From Candidatus Dormiibacterota bacterium (lineage in GTDB: Bacteria; Chloroflexota; Dormibacteria; Aeolococcales; Aeolococcaceae), in contig CAWCZS010000002.1 of assembly GCA_963800175.1 (NCBI GenBank), forward strand, positions 2,497,695-2,561,694: a stretch of DNA of 64,000 nt, read 5' to 3'. The position numbers and the translations under genes are program-made. Positions within the stretch are counted from its first letter, which is position 1. Every line of letters begins with the position of its first letter. This document shows, piece by piece, positions 28,393 to 37,579 of the stretch. Below the pieces are notes generated by a model, which searched no databases, was not told the origin of the DNA, and worked only from the letters and a program-made list of their open reading frames with translations.

Positions 28393-29751
28393 TCACGCTC
28401 CGGTCTCCGCATCGCGGTGCGCGGCTTGCGCGCGCGCGATCAGCTTGTCCACCGATCCGAGGTAGCTCGCCGGATCGAGTGCAGCGCTGATCTGCTCCTC
28501 GGAGAGATGGCGGCGTAGCTCGGGATCGCCGCGAACGATATCCGCGAACGCGACCTTGCGCGCAAACGATTCCTCGCTACAACGCCGAACCACGTCGCGG
28601 GCTTCGGATCGTGCGACGTGGTGCGAGAGTTGCAGCACAAGGTTCTCGGCCATCACGAGACCGCCGTCGGCCGCGAGGTTCTCGGCCATCCGTTGTGGGT
28701 CCACCTGCAGGGAACCGAGCAGGGCACTGGCGTGATGGCTGGCCGCGCCGGCAAGACGTAGTAAGTCGCGAACGGTTTCCCACTCCGCATGCCAAGCCCC
28801 GGCAGCGCGCTCGTGCTCCTGGAGCATCGTGGCAAAGATGGTTGCGACCAGACCCGGTGCGCGCTCCGCGGCTGCGACCACGAGCACCGCGCGCACGGGA
28901 TTCCGCTTTTGCGGCAGCGTCGACGATGTTCCGTGCTCGGACCCAACAGCTTCGGCAACCTCCGCCTGGGCCAGGAGGACGACATCGCGAGCGATCTTGC
29001 CAAGGACTCCAACAGCAAGGCCGAGCGCGGCGGCGAGCTCCGCAACGCGGGTGCGATCGGTATGCCAGGGGAGCACCGGCTCGGCGAGGCCAAGACGCGC
29101 TGCCACGCGATGCGCGACATCGAGTCCCGCGCCCCCAAGGGACGCAAGCGTTCCGGCGGCGCCACCGAGTTGTACGGCGAGGCGATCGTCGCGGATATGC
29201 GCAAGTCGTGCGGCTGCTTCGTCAATGCTGACCATCCAGCCTGCCGTTTTGAAGCCGAATGTCGTTGGTATGGCAGGCTGCAGCAACGTTCGCGCGGTCA
29301 TGAGTGTGTGTTCGTGACTCGCGACCAGCGACGCGCACGCCGACGAAGCAACCACAATGTCAGCAAGGATCGCGTCGAGCGCGTGGCGTGCCATGAGTGA
29401 GAACGCGGTGTCGATGACGTCCTGACTCGTTGCGCCGAGATGCACGTACTCCTTCGCTTCCATCGACATGCGGTCAGTCAACGCACGAACCAGCGGTGCG
29501 GCGGGGTTACCGGCGGCCACGGACTGCCGGCCAATCTCGGACGCGTCGAAGAGCTCCGCGAGGCATGACGCGGCAATCTCGGCCGCGGCATTCGCGGGGA
29601 TCAAGCCGGCATCCGCCTCCGACTCGGCAAGTGCAGCCTCGAAATCGAGCATCGCCTGCAGCCACGCCTCGTCGCTGACCGCCGCGTCCACCGCGGCGCT
29701 GCTGAAGAGCGGATCGACCAATCCGTCAGCGATCGAAGAAGACGGTTTCAC
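28393..29751 (-). CDS. pcaB: 3-carboxy-cis,cis-muconate cycloisomerase
   Basis: Fumarate-lyase superfamily signature GTSSTLPQKRNP and HLGATSQDVIDT. The start is GTG 29751 (26-nt overlap with pcaG) or TTG 29721. Confidence 0.9.
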   Translation of the reverse strand: MKPSSSIADGLVDPLFSSAAVDAAVSDEAWLQAMLDFEAALAESEADAGLIPANAAAEIAASCLAELFDASEIGRQSVAAGNPAAPLVRALTDRMSMEAKEYVHLGATSQDVIDTAFSLMARHALDAILADIVVASSACASLVASHEHTLMTARTLLQPAIPTTFGFKTAGWMVSIDEAAARLAHIRDDRLAVQLGGAAGTLASLGGAGLDVAHRVAARLGLAEPVLPWHTDRTRVAELAAALGLAVGVLGKIARDVVLLAQAEVAEAVGSEHGTSSTLPQKRNPVRAVLVVAAAERAPGLVATIFATMLQEHERAAGAWHAEWETVRDLLRLAGAASHHASALLGSLQVDPQRMAENLAADGGLVMAENLVLQLSHHVARSEARDVVRRCSEESFARKVAFADIVRGDPELRRHLSEEQISAALDPASYLGSVDKLIARAQAAHRDAETGA

Positions 29752-30211
29752 GCGCGCCTTGAAGGTGAATATCGAAGCGGAGACCGCCGTCCTCCCGCAC
29801 CGCGACGAGTGTCGCGCGCTCCGCCGGCGAAAGGGACCGGAGCACCGGGTCGGCGCCATTCGCATCGTGCTCATCGGGAAAGTACAGGCGGGTGACGAGA
29901 CGTGTGAGCAGACCACGCGCGAACACCGACACGTCGAGATGCGGCGCGCCGGAGGCGCCATCTCCCGCGGGCTTGCTCGTGACGATGGCGAAGTGGCCTT
30001 CCTCATCGGTTGCGCAACGGCCGGCGCCCTCGGATTGCCAGGTTTCGATCATCGCGTCGGGAACCGGTTCGCCATCGCCGTCGAACACCTGCCCGGAGAT
30101 GCGGATCGCTCCGGGCATTCCCTCACCGACGACATGCGACCCGATGGTGGCCGAGAGGCCGATGCGAAAGAACGGTCCGACAGTCTGCGACGGAGTCAGT
30201 GGCAGTCTCAT
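29726..30211 (-). CDS. pcaG: Protocatechuate 3,4-dioxygenase alpha subunit
   Basis: PSQTVGPFF start and a short intradiol fold. It is adjacent to and overlaps the beta subunit gene by 4 nt. Confidence 0.9.
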   Translation of the reverse strand: MRLPLTPSQTVGPFFRIGLSATIGSHVVGEGMPGAIRISGQVFDGDGEPVPDAMIETWQSEGAGRCATDEEGHFAIVTSKPAGDGASGAPHLDVSVFARGLLTRLVTRLYFPDEHDANGADPVLRSLSPAERATLVAVREDGGLRFDIHLQGARETVFFDR

Positions 30212-30903
30212 TCGGACGCATCATCGTCGAGCGGCGTCGCGTCGCGCCCCGCCACGATGATGTCCCACACGTAGCCGAGCGACCACTCGGGTTCGGTCAG
30301 CTCGAGCGACCAGCGCGCGATCAAACGCTCTCGCGCCCACTCCGGCACGGAGTTGAGAACCGGATCCTGCACGAACAGCGGGTCCCCCGGGAAGTACATC
30401 TGCGTGATGAGTCGCTGCTCGAAGAGCGGTGAGAACACAGAGAAATGCACGTGCGCCGGTCGCCACGCGTTGGGATGGTTGCGCCACGGATATGCGCCCG
30501 GCTTGATCGTGATGAAGCGGTAGGCGCCATCCGAGTCGGTGAGGCAACGACCGGCGCCGCTGAAGTTGGGATCCAGTGGCGCCGGGTGCTGATCCGAGAG
30601 GTGCGCGTAGCGTCCCGCCGCATTCGCCTGCCAGACCTCGACGAGCGTACCCGACAGCGGATTGCCGTCCTCATCGAGAACGCGCCCGTTGATCGTGATC
30701 CGCTCACCGAGCGGTTCGGCGTCGTGCTGCCGGGTGAGGTCGTTGTCGAGCGCGCCGATGGTCTCCCCCGCGAGGAGCGGTGACCCGAGCTCGGCGAGCC
30801 GTCCGGGCAGCACGTGCAACGGCTGCTTGGGCGCGCGCAGCCTGCTCGATCCGTACTCGGGAAAGTCGTTCGGTGGATGAGGGGATCGCGCGTGCTCGGA
30901 CAT
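30208..30903 (-). CDS. pcaH: Protocatechuate 3,4-dioxygenase beta subunit
   Basis: The start is MSEHARS, inside ORF 30208..31098. Motifs include VWQANAAGRYAH, YRFITIKPGAYPW and RPAHVHF. There is a 1-nt overlap with the pcaF stop. Confidence 0.9.
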   Translation of the reverse strand: MSEHARSPHPPNDFPEYGSSRLRAPKQPLHVLPGRLAELGSPLLAGETIGALDNDLTRQHDAEPLGERITINGRVLDEDGNPLSGTLVEVWQANAAGRYAHLSDQHPAPLDPNFSGAGRCLTDSDGAYRFITIKPGAYPWRNHPNAWRPAHVHFSVFSPLFEQRLITQMYFPGDPLFVQDPVLNSVPEWARERLIARWSLELTEPEWSLGYVWDIIVAGRDATPLDDDASE

Positions 30904-32087
30904 CAGACAGCCTCGATGACGACCGCGAGACCCTGGCCGACGCCGATGCAGATCGCGGCCATCCCATACCCGCCGCCACGGCGCCGAAGCTCGTGCGCGA
31001 GCGACCCGATGATGCGAGCGCCCGAACATCCGATGGGATGCCCGATCGCGATCGCGCCGCCGTTTGGATTCACCTTCGACGGGTCGAGCTCCGTCCATTC
31101 CCGCAGGCAGGCAAGCGACTGCGCCGCGAAGGCCTCGTTGAGCTCGACAACCGCGAGGTCCTGCCAGCCGATTCCCGCGCGCCGGAGCGCCTGCTTCGCT
31201 GCTTCCACCGGCCCGATCCCGTACAGCGGCGGCTCGACTGCGCTCACGCCGCGCGAGACGATGCGTGCCAGTGGCTCGCGACCGGCGCGTCGCGCGCCGT
31301 CGGCGTCCGCGAGCAGCACCGCGGCAGCTCCGTCGTTGAGCGGCGAGGCGTTGCCTGCGGTGACGGTGCCATCGGGCCGAAAAGCCGGCTTCAGCGCGCC
31401 GAGCGCCCCGATCGACGTGTCAGCTCGGATGCTCTCATCTCGACGGAGCTCCGTCCCAGCGACGCCGACCACCTCGCCGTCGTACACGCCCGCGTCCCAC
31501 GCAGCCGCCGCCTGACGATGGCTCCGCAACGCAAATGCGTCCTGCTCCTCGCGGCTGATGGAGTACTTCGCTGCGAGCAACTCGGCACCCTCGCCGAGCG
31601 AGATCGTCCACTCCTTGGACATGCGCGGATTGACCATCCGCCAGCCGAGCGTCGTCGAGAAGAGCGTTTCGTTGGTGCGGGCATACCCGCGCTCCGGCTT
31701 GAGCATGACCCAAGGCGCGCGGGACATCGACTCGACGCCGCCGGCGATGCAGACGGAGTGGTCGCCGACGGCAATGGCGCGACTGGCGGCGATGACCGCC
31801 TCGAGCCCCGAGCCGCAGAGCCTGTTGACCGTGGTCCCGGGAACGCTCGGCGGCACTCCCGCGAGCAGCAGTGCCATGCGCGCGAGGTTGCGGTTGTCCT
31901 CGCCGGCGCCGTTGCCGTCACCAAAGACGACGTCACCGACCGCGGCCGGATCGAGCCCGGGGTTCCGCTGGACCAACCCGGCGATGACCGTGGCAGCGAG
32001 GTCGTCTGGCCGGACTCCCGCAAGCGCGCCACCATGCCGTCCGATCGGCGTGCGCACCGCGTCCAGGATGAAGACGTCCTCGGTCAC
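30903..32087 (-). CDS. pcaF: 3-oxoadipyl-CoA thiolase (acetyl-CoA C-acyltransferase)
   Basis: Thiolase motifs are present (NRLCGSGLEA, NEAFAAQ, GGAIAIGHPIGCSGAR). It sits inside the pca operon. Confidence 0.9.
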   Translation of the reverse strand: MTEDVFILDAVRTPIGRHGGALAGVRPDDLAATVIAGLVQRNPGLDPAAVGDVVFGDGNGAGEDNRNLARMALLLAGVPPSVPGTTVNRLCGSGLEAVIAASRAIAVGDHSVCIAGGVESMSRAPWVMLKPERGYARTNETLFSTTLGWRMVNPRMSKEWTISLGEGAELLAAKYSISREEQDAFALRSHRQAAAAWDAGVYDGEVVGVAGTELRRDESIRADTSIGALGALKPAFRPDGTVTAGNASPLNDGAAAVLLADADGARRAGREPLARIVSRGVSAVEPPLYGIGPVEAAKQALRRAGIGWQDLAVVELNEAFAAQSLACLREWTELDPSKVNPNGGAIAIGHPIGCSGARIIGSLAHELRRRGGGYGMAAICIGVGQGLAVVIEAV

Positions 32088-32845
32088 GCGCCCTTGGTCG
32101 CCTCGAGATGGCGCAATACCCGGAGTTCCTCGTCTGTCGGCGGGTCGGTCGTGGCGAGATCCGGGGACACAGCGAGCGGCCAGCCGGTGGCAGCGCGCGC
32201 GTCGTCAGCGGTCGATCCGTGGTGGACACTCACCAGCGTCAGTTCGCAGGTCTCCGGATCCGGCGACAGGACGCCGAAGTCGGTGATGACCACGCGCGGG
32301 CCGGCACCGATCAGGCCGAGCCGTTGGCGGTCGCCCGGGCCGCGCCCGAAGCCGACCGACGTCACGAAGTCGACCCGATCGACGAATGTCCGCGGCGTCT
32401 GCCGGAGCACCACGACCACCTCGCGACAGGATGCGGCGATCTCGGGAGCGCCGCCCGCGCCGGGGAGGCGAACCTTGGGATGGCGGTAGTCGGAGCCGAT
32501 CACTGTGGTGTTGATATTGGCGTAGCGGTCGATTTGGGCAGCACTGAGAAAGCCGACATCTATCCGGCCCGGCTGCAACCAGTAGTTGAAGACCTCGGGG
32601 ACGCTCACCACGGCGTCCGCGGTTTCGGCGAGCATGCCGTCGCCGATCGAAAGCGGGAGACGGTCGGGCTTCGCACCCAACGTGCCCAACTCATAGATGA
32701 GGACGACGTCGGGCGCGCTCGTTGCGCGCGCGAGGTTGGCCGCGGTGCTCGGCAGGCCGATGCCGACGAAGCACACGGTCCCATCGTGGAGTTGACGAGC
32801 AGCCGCGACGGTCATCATCTCGTCGGCGGTGTACGCCGCGTTCAC
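32084..32845 (-). CDS. pcaJ: 3-oxoadipate CoA-transferase subunit B
   Basis: CoA-transferase B-subunit fold (FVGIGLPS..., PGAGGAPEIA). The GTG start forms a GTGA overlap with the pcaI stop. Confidence 0.85.
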   Translation of the reverse strand: MNAAYTADEMMTVAAARQLHDGTVCFVGIGLPSTAANLARATSAPDVVLIYELGTLGAKPDRLPLSIGDGMLAETADAVVSVPEVFNYWLQPGRIDVGFLSAAQIDRYANINTTVIGSDYRHPKVRLPGAGGAPEIAASCREVVVVLRQTPRTFVDRVDFVTSVGFGRGPGDRQRLGLIGAGPRVVITDFGVLSPDPETCELTLVSVHHGSTADDARAATGWPLAVSPDLATTDPPTDEELRVLRHLEATKGA

Positions 32846-33660
32846 GCCGCAGGCGCCTCGCGCAGCACGTTCTCGTCCATCCACGCGAGGAATCGGTCGC
32901 GATCCTTGCTGATCGCGTCCCACTCTGTGTAGAACCCGTTGTCCCGCAAGGAGTATCCCTGCGCGTAGGACGGGTGCGAGCCGCCCGGCGCCACAGCCAC
33001 ATATGTGGTGGCGAACGAGGGAAGCACGACCTCCTGGGGTTGCGGATCGAGGCTGTCAACGATCTCCTCGACGGTTATCAGCGACCGCTTTGCGGCGAGC
33101 ACCGCCTCCTTCTGCACCCCGAGGATGCCCCACATCTGCACGTTGCCTTTGCGGTCGGCGCGCTGCGCGTGGATGATCGTGACGTCGGGCGACAGCGCCG
33201 GGACTGCGGTGAGCACCTCGCCCGTGAAGGGACACGTGATCGAACGAATGGTGTCCGTCTGCGCAGGGAGATCGGTGCCGACATAGCCTCGAAGCACGGC
33301 AAACGGCAGACCGCTCGCGCCCGCCAGGTAGCGGTTCGCCATGCCGGCGTGGCTGTGCTCCTCGAGCTCGAGCGGGACGGGCCAGGAGTTCTCTACGGCA
33401 TCCCGGAACCGATGGAGCGAACCGACGCCGGGGTTGCCGCCCCACGAGAAGATGAGCTTCGAAGCGCACCCCATGCCGATCAACTGGTCGTAGATCAGGT
33501 CAGGGGTCATGCGCACCAGGGTGAGATCCCGCCGCCCCTGGCGGATGATCTCGTGCCCGGCCGCGAATGGGATCAGGTGAGTGAAGCCTTCCATCACCAG
33601 CGTGTCGCCGTCATGCACGAGCGCGGCGACGCCGTCGGTGAGCGAGACGATCTCAGCCAC
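32842..33660 (-). CDS. pcaI: 3-oxoadipate CoA-transferase subunit A
   Basis: CoA-transferase A-subunit (glutaconate-CoA-transferase-like) fold. It is the first gene of the pca operon. Confidence 0.85.
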   Translation of the reverse strand: MAEIVSLTDGVAALVHDGDTLVMEGFTHLIPFAAGHEIIRQGRRDLTLVRMTPDLIYDQLIGMGCASKLIFSWGGNPGVGSLHRFRDAVENSWPVPLELEEHSHAGMANRYLAGASGLPFAVLRGYVGTDLPAQTDTIRSITCPFTGEVLTAVPALSPDVTIIHAQRADRKGNVQMWGILGVQKEAVLAAKRSLITVEEIVDSLDPQPQEVVLPSFATTYVAVAPGGSHPSYAQGYSLRDNGFYTEWDAISKDRDRFLAWMDENVLREAPAA

Positions 33661-33676
33661 GGTGGTCGATCAACAT

Positions 33677-33691
33677 GTTCGCGTAGCGCAC
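33677..33691. promoter_or_regulatory. Candidate IclR/PcaR operator, imperfect palindrome gttcgcgtagcgcac
   Basis: It lies 17 nt upstream of the pcaI start codon and shares the GTTCGC-N3-GCG(A/C)AC pattern with the site at 33793. Confidence 0.35.
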
Positions 33692-33792
33692 ACTCGTACT
33701 CGCAACCATAGCGGTTTGATTCCCTGGTCCGGCACGTCTTCGGGGGTTGCCTGCCCTCACAAGGATATGATACGTTCATTCAGAGAACGTGA

Positions 33793-33807
33793 GTTCGCTA
33801 TGCGAAC
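33793..33807. promoter_or_regulatory. Candidate IclR/PcaR operator, perfect palindrome gttcgctatgcgaac
   Basis: Perfect 6-N3-6 inverted repeat in the divergent pcaI/ABC-transporter intergenic region, 48 nt upstream of the binding-protein start. Confidence 0.4.
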
Positions 33808-33854
33808 ACATTGCGATCAGATTGTTTGCCATCGGTAAGTGCGGGGTGCTAGCC

Positions 33855-35225
33855 ATGTCCCAGGAGGACGCCCTCGTCAAAGCAGGCGACTACAGCTTCG
33901 CCGCAAGCCTGCTCACCGGCCGCCAGCTGTCGCGCCGCGACGTCCTCAAGGCGATCGGCGCCGGCTCGCTCACGCTTGCCGGAGGCGGCCTGCTCGAGGC
34001 CTGCGGCTCGGCACTCGGCACCACCGGCGGAACTTCCACCGCCGGGACGATCAAGATCGGATTCGTCAGCCCCCTGACCGGGCCCGACGCCGGATTCGGC
34101 GAGCCGGATCCGTATGTCATCTCGCTCGCCAAGAAGGCATTCGCCAGCGGGCTCACGGTTGGCGGCAAGAAGTACAACGTCCAGATCATCGACGAGGACA
34201 GTCAGTCCGGTACGCGCGCCGCGCAGGCGGCGAGTGACCTGATCAACGCGCAGAACGTCGACCTCATCCTCACGACGTCGGCGCCGGAGACGGTCAACCC
34301 GGTGTCGGACGCAGCAGAAGCGGCAGGCGTCCCGTGCATCTCGACGGTTGTGCCGTGGGAGGCGTGGTACTTCGGACGTCAGACCAATCCCGCTGCGCCC
34401 GTGCCCTTCAAGTGGACATTCCACTTCTCCTTCGGCGTCGCGCAGTTCGCGAGTGCGTACGAACATCTCTGGCCACAGGTCAGCACCAACAAGGTCGTCG
34501 GTGTCATGTGGCCGAACGACGCCGACGGCAACGCGATTCGGATGGCGCTCGGGCCGCTGCTCAAGCAGGCGGGGTACACGATCGTCGATCCGGGCGCATA
34601 CGCCGACGGCACCACCTCGTTCACCACGCAGATCACCGAGTTCAAGAACAAGAACTGCGAGATCTTCAACACCTTCCCGATCCCACCCGACTTCGTGACG
34701 TTCTGGGAGCAGGCCGCGCAGCAGGGCTACGTTCCAAAGATCGCGCAGATCGCCAAGACGGGTCTGTTCCCGTCGCAGGTCGAGGCACTCGGCGCCATCG
34801 GTGACGGACTCGCAAGCGGCGTGTACTGGGCGCCCACGTTCCCCTACTCGTCGTCGCTCACGGGCATTTCGTCTGCCGACCTCGCGAGCGGCTACCAGAC
34901 GAGCTCCGGCAAGGAGTGGAATCAGCAGGCCGGCGCGAGCCTGGCGCTGTTCGACGTCGCCGCCGCCGCGCTCAAGGCCAGTGGCGATCCCAAGAACAAG
35001 CTGGCGGTGGCAACTGCCATGAAGACGCTGTCGGTCGAGACACCACTCGGAAACCTCGCGTGGGGCGCAACGGGGACACCCAATCCGAACGTCGTCCCGA
35101 CCCCGATCATCGGTGGCCAGTGGGTCGCGACACCGGGGACGGCGTACCCGATCAACTTCGTGATCTGCGAGAACTCGAACAACTCCAATGTCCCTGTGGC
35201 AGCAACGCTGACCGCTTACAGCTAA
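33855..35225 (+). CDS. ABC transporter substrate-binding lipoprotein (LivK/type-I periplasmic binding fold, probably aromatic acids)
   Basis: Tat-like SRRDVLKAIGAG followed by lipobox LLEAC. It has a branched-chain/aromatic-acid SBP-like body. The start is MSQEDAL, inside ORF 33789..35225. Confidence 0.8.
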   Translation: MSQEDALVKAGDYSFAASLLTGRQLSRRDVLKAIGAGSLTLAGGGLLEACGSALGTTGGTSTAGTIKIGFVSPLTGPDAGFGEPDPYVISLAKKAFASGLTVGGKKYNVQIIDEDSQSGTRAAQAASDLINAQNVDLILTTSAPETVNPVSDAAEAAGVPCISTVVPWEAWYFGRQTNPAAPVPFKWTFHFSFGVAQFASAYEHLWPQVSTNKVVGVMWPNDADGNAIRMALGPLLKQAGYTIVDPGAYADGTTSFTTQITEFKNKNCEIFNTFPIPPDFVTFWEQAAQQGYVPKIAQIAKTGLFPSQVEALGAIGDGLASGVYWAPTFPYSSSLTGISSADLASGYQTSSGKEWNQQAGASLALFDVAAAALKASGDPKNKLAVATAMKTLSVETPLGNLAWGATGTPNPNVVPTPIIGGQWVATPGTAYPINFVICENSNNSNVPVAATLTAYS

Positions 35226-35246
35226 CACCGGGGCGCGCGTATCGTC

Positions 35247-35981
35247 GTGCCGATGTCATCCCCTCTGCTCGAGGCCAGCGGCATCGCGCAACGCTTTGGC
35301 GCGCTGGTGGTTCTGGACGGTGTTGACTTTCAGCTCGCGGCGGGCAAGTCGGTCGGCGTCGTCGGCCCCAATGGCGCGGGGAAGACGACGCTGCTGAGCA
35401 TCCTCGCGGGGTCGATCCGCCCAACGTCCGGGCGCGTTCGCTACGAGGGGAATGACGTCACCGGCATGCGTGCCGATCGGCGCTGCCGTCTCGGCATTGG
35501 ACGCACGCATCAGATTCCGCGCCCGTTCGTCGGCATGACGGTGTTCGAGAACGTGCTCGTCGGCGCGATGCAAGGCGCGAATCAACGCCGCTCCGCCGCG
35601 TACGCGCGTGTCGTCGATGTGCTGCAGACGTGCGGGCTCGTCAATGTCGCCAACCGCCGGGCCGCCGACCTGGGTCTGCTCGATCGCAAACGCCTCGAGC
35701 TCGGTCGTGCGCTTGCGACAGACCCGAAGGTGCTCTTCCTTGACGAGATCGGCGGCGGTCTCACGGACGCGGAGGCAATCGAGCTCGTCGGCACCATCAA
35801 AGAGTTGCGGAGCCGCGGTATTGCGATCATCTGGATCGAGCACATCGTGCATGTGCTCGTCCAGGCGATCGACCGGCTCGTGTGTCTCGACGCCGGACGG
35901 ATCATCGCGGACGGACTCCCCGACGCCGTGCTCAACGATGCTGCCGTCATCGACGCGTACCTCGGAGCGTCAGTGACGTGA
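35247..35981 (+). CDS. ABC transporter ATP-binding protein (LivG-like)
   Basis: Walker A GPNGAGKTT, Q-loop, and Walker B LFLDE. Confidence 0.9.
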   Translation: MPMSSPLLEASGIAQRFGALVVLDGVDFQLAAGKSVGVVGPNGAGKTTLLSILAGSIRPTSGRVRYEGNDVTGMRADRRCRLGIGRTHQIPRPFVGMTVFENVLVGAMQGANQRRSAAYARVVDVLQTCGLVNVANRRAADLGLLDRKRLELGRALATDPKVLFLDEIGGGLTDAEAIELVGTIKELRSRGIAIIWIEHIVHVLVQAIDRLVCLDAGRIIADGLPDAVLNDAAVIDAYLGASVT

Positions 35982-36706
35982 GCCTGCTCGACGTTCGTTC
36001 CGTCGACGCGAACTACGAACTCCTGCAGGCTGTCCGCAACGTCTCACTGACGATCGATGAGGGGGAGACGCATGCGTTGATCGGCGCCAACGGCGCCGGC
36101 AAGACAACCCTGCTTCGCGTCATCGCGGGTGCACATCGACCCGCCGCGGGGAGCGTCGTCTTCGACGGCGCCGACATCACGAAAATCCCCGCGCACCAGC
36201 GGGTGTCACTCGGGATCGCTCTCGTCCCCGAAGGGCGGCGGCTGTTCCCCGGACTGTCGGTGGAGGAAAACCTCAAAGTTGCAGCGGGTCGGCACGGTGA
36301 CAGCGCGTGGACGGTGGATCGGGTCCTCGAGATCTTTCCGATGCTGCAGTCGCGGCGCGCGCAGCGGGCCTCGACGCTCTCCGGTGGTGAACAACAGGCC
36401 ACCGCCATCGGACGCGCCTTGATGTGCAACCCGCGATTGCTGTTGCTCGACGAAGTGTCACTCGGGCTCGCGCCCAAAGCCGTTGCGGCGGTGTACAAGT
36501 CCTTGCGCGGGCTCATCGGCAGCGGCACCACCGTCGTGCTCGTCGAGCAGGATCTCGGGCGGGCGCTTGCCGTCGCATCGCGCGTGACCTGCATGCTGCA
36601 CGGCCAGGTCGTGCTGGAAGGCGCGGCGTCGACACTCACACGCGCCGAGATCACCGCCGCGTATTTCGGCGTCCGATCCTCCCCCGCTGCCGGAGCCGCC
36701 ACGTGA
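35978..36706 (+). CDS. ABC transporter ATP-binding protein (LivF-like)
   Basis: GTG start in a GTGA overlap with the upstream stop. Walker A GANGAGKTT, signature LSGGEQQ, Walker B LLLDE. Confidence 0.9.
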   Translation: MSLLDVRSVDANYELLQAVRNVSLTIDEGETHALIGANGAGKTTLLRVIAGAHRPAAGSVVFDGADITKIPAHQRVSLGIALVPEGRRLFPGLSVEENLKVAAGRHGDSAWTVDRVLEIFPMLQSRRAQRASTLSGGEQQATAIGRALMCNPRLLLLDEVSLGLAPKAVAAVYKSLRGLIGSGTTVVLVEQDLGRALAVASRVTCMLHGQVVLEGAASTLTRAEITAAYFGVRSSPAAGAAT

Positions 36707-37579
36707 ACTGGGTGAACGTGCTACTGCAGGGAGTGCTGCTCGGTGGCTTCTATGCGCTGCTTGCGTGCGGCCTGTCGTTGATGTTCGGCGTCATGCGAAT
36801 CATCAATCTCGCGCATGGCGACATTGCGGTGATCGGCGCGTACCTGGTCTGGGTGCTCGTGAATCAAACGTCGATTCCGCCGTGGCTCGCGGCGCTGCTG
36901 GTGTTGCCGGTCATGTGGATCGCCGGCTACGTCATGTACATCCTGCTGCTGGAACGCAGCCGGCGCGCAGGGCTGCTCGTCCCGCTGCTCACCACGTTCG
37001 GGCTTGCGATCGTCATCGAGAATGTGCTCCTCCAGATCTTCTCGCCGGACGACCATTCGCTCCTGAGCAACACCGGAACGCTCGCGACGTCGAGCGTCTC
37101 CATCGGCGGTCTCACGATCTCGACGTTCGGCGTGCTCACGCTCGCCACAGCAGTGGTCGTGCTGACGGGGCTGCAACTGTTTCTCTCGCGGACGCGGTCG
37201 GGCCGCCAGATGCGTGCCACCGCCGAGGATCCCGACGTTGCCGAGCTCGTGGGCATCAACGCACGCTCCGTCTATGCCAAGGCGACTGCGATCGCGGTTG
37301 CGATCGGCGGGCTCGGGGGCATCTTCCTCGCGATCCGGCAGACGTTCGATCCCTCCACTGGGCCTACTCAGTTGATCTTTGCCTTCGAGGCGGTGGTCAT
37401 CGGCGGCTTCGGATCCCCGTGGGGCACGCTGCTCGGCGGCGTCGTGCTCGGGCGTTGCGCAGGTGATCGGCGCGCAGGTGAATCCGCAGTATTTCGTGCT
37501 CTTCGGACACCTGGTGTTTCTCGCCGTCCTCGCGTCGCCGCGGGGCGGCATCCTGGTCCGCCGGGGAGTGACGATGTGA
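36703..37579 (+). CDS. Branched-chain-type ABC permease (LivH-like); apparent +1 indel near 37452
   Basis: VNWVNVLLQGVLLGGFYALLACGLSLMFGV... is the LivH hallmark. The C-terminal 40 aa (VAQVIGAQVNPQYFVLFGHLVFLAVL) lie in ORF 37379..37579. Confidence 0.85.
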
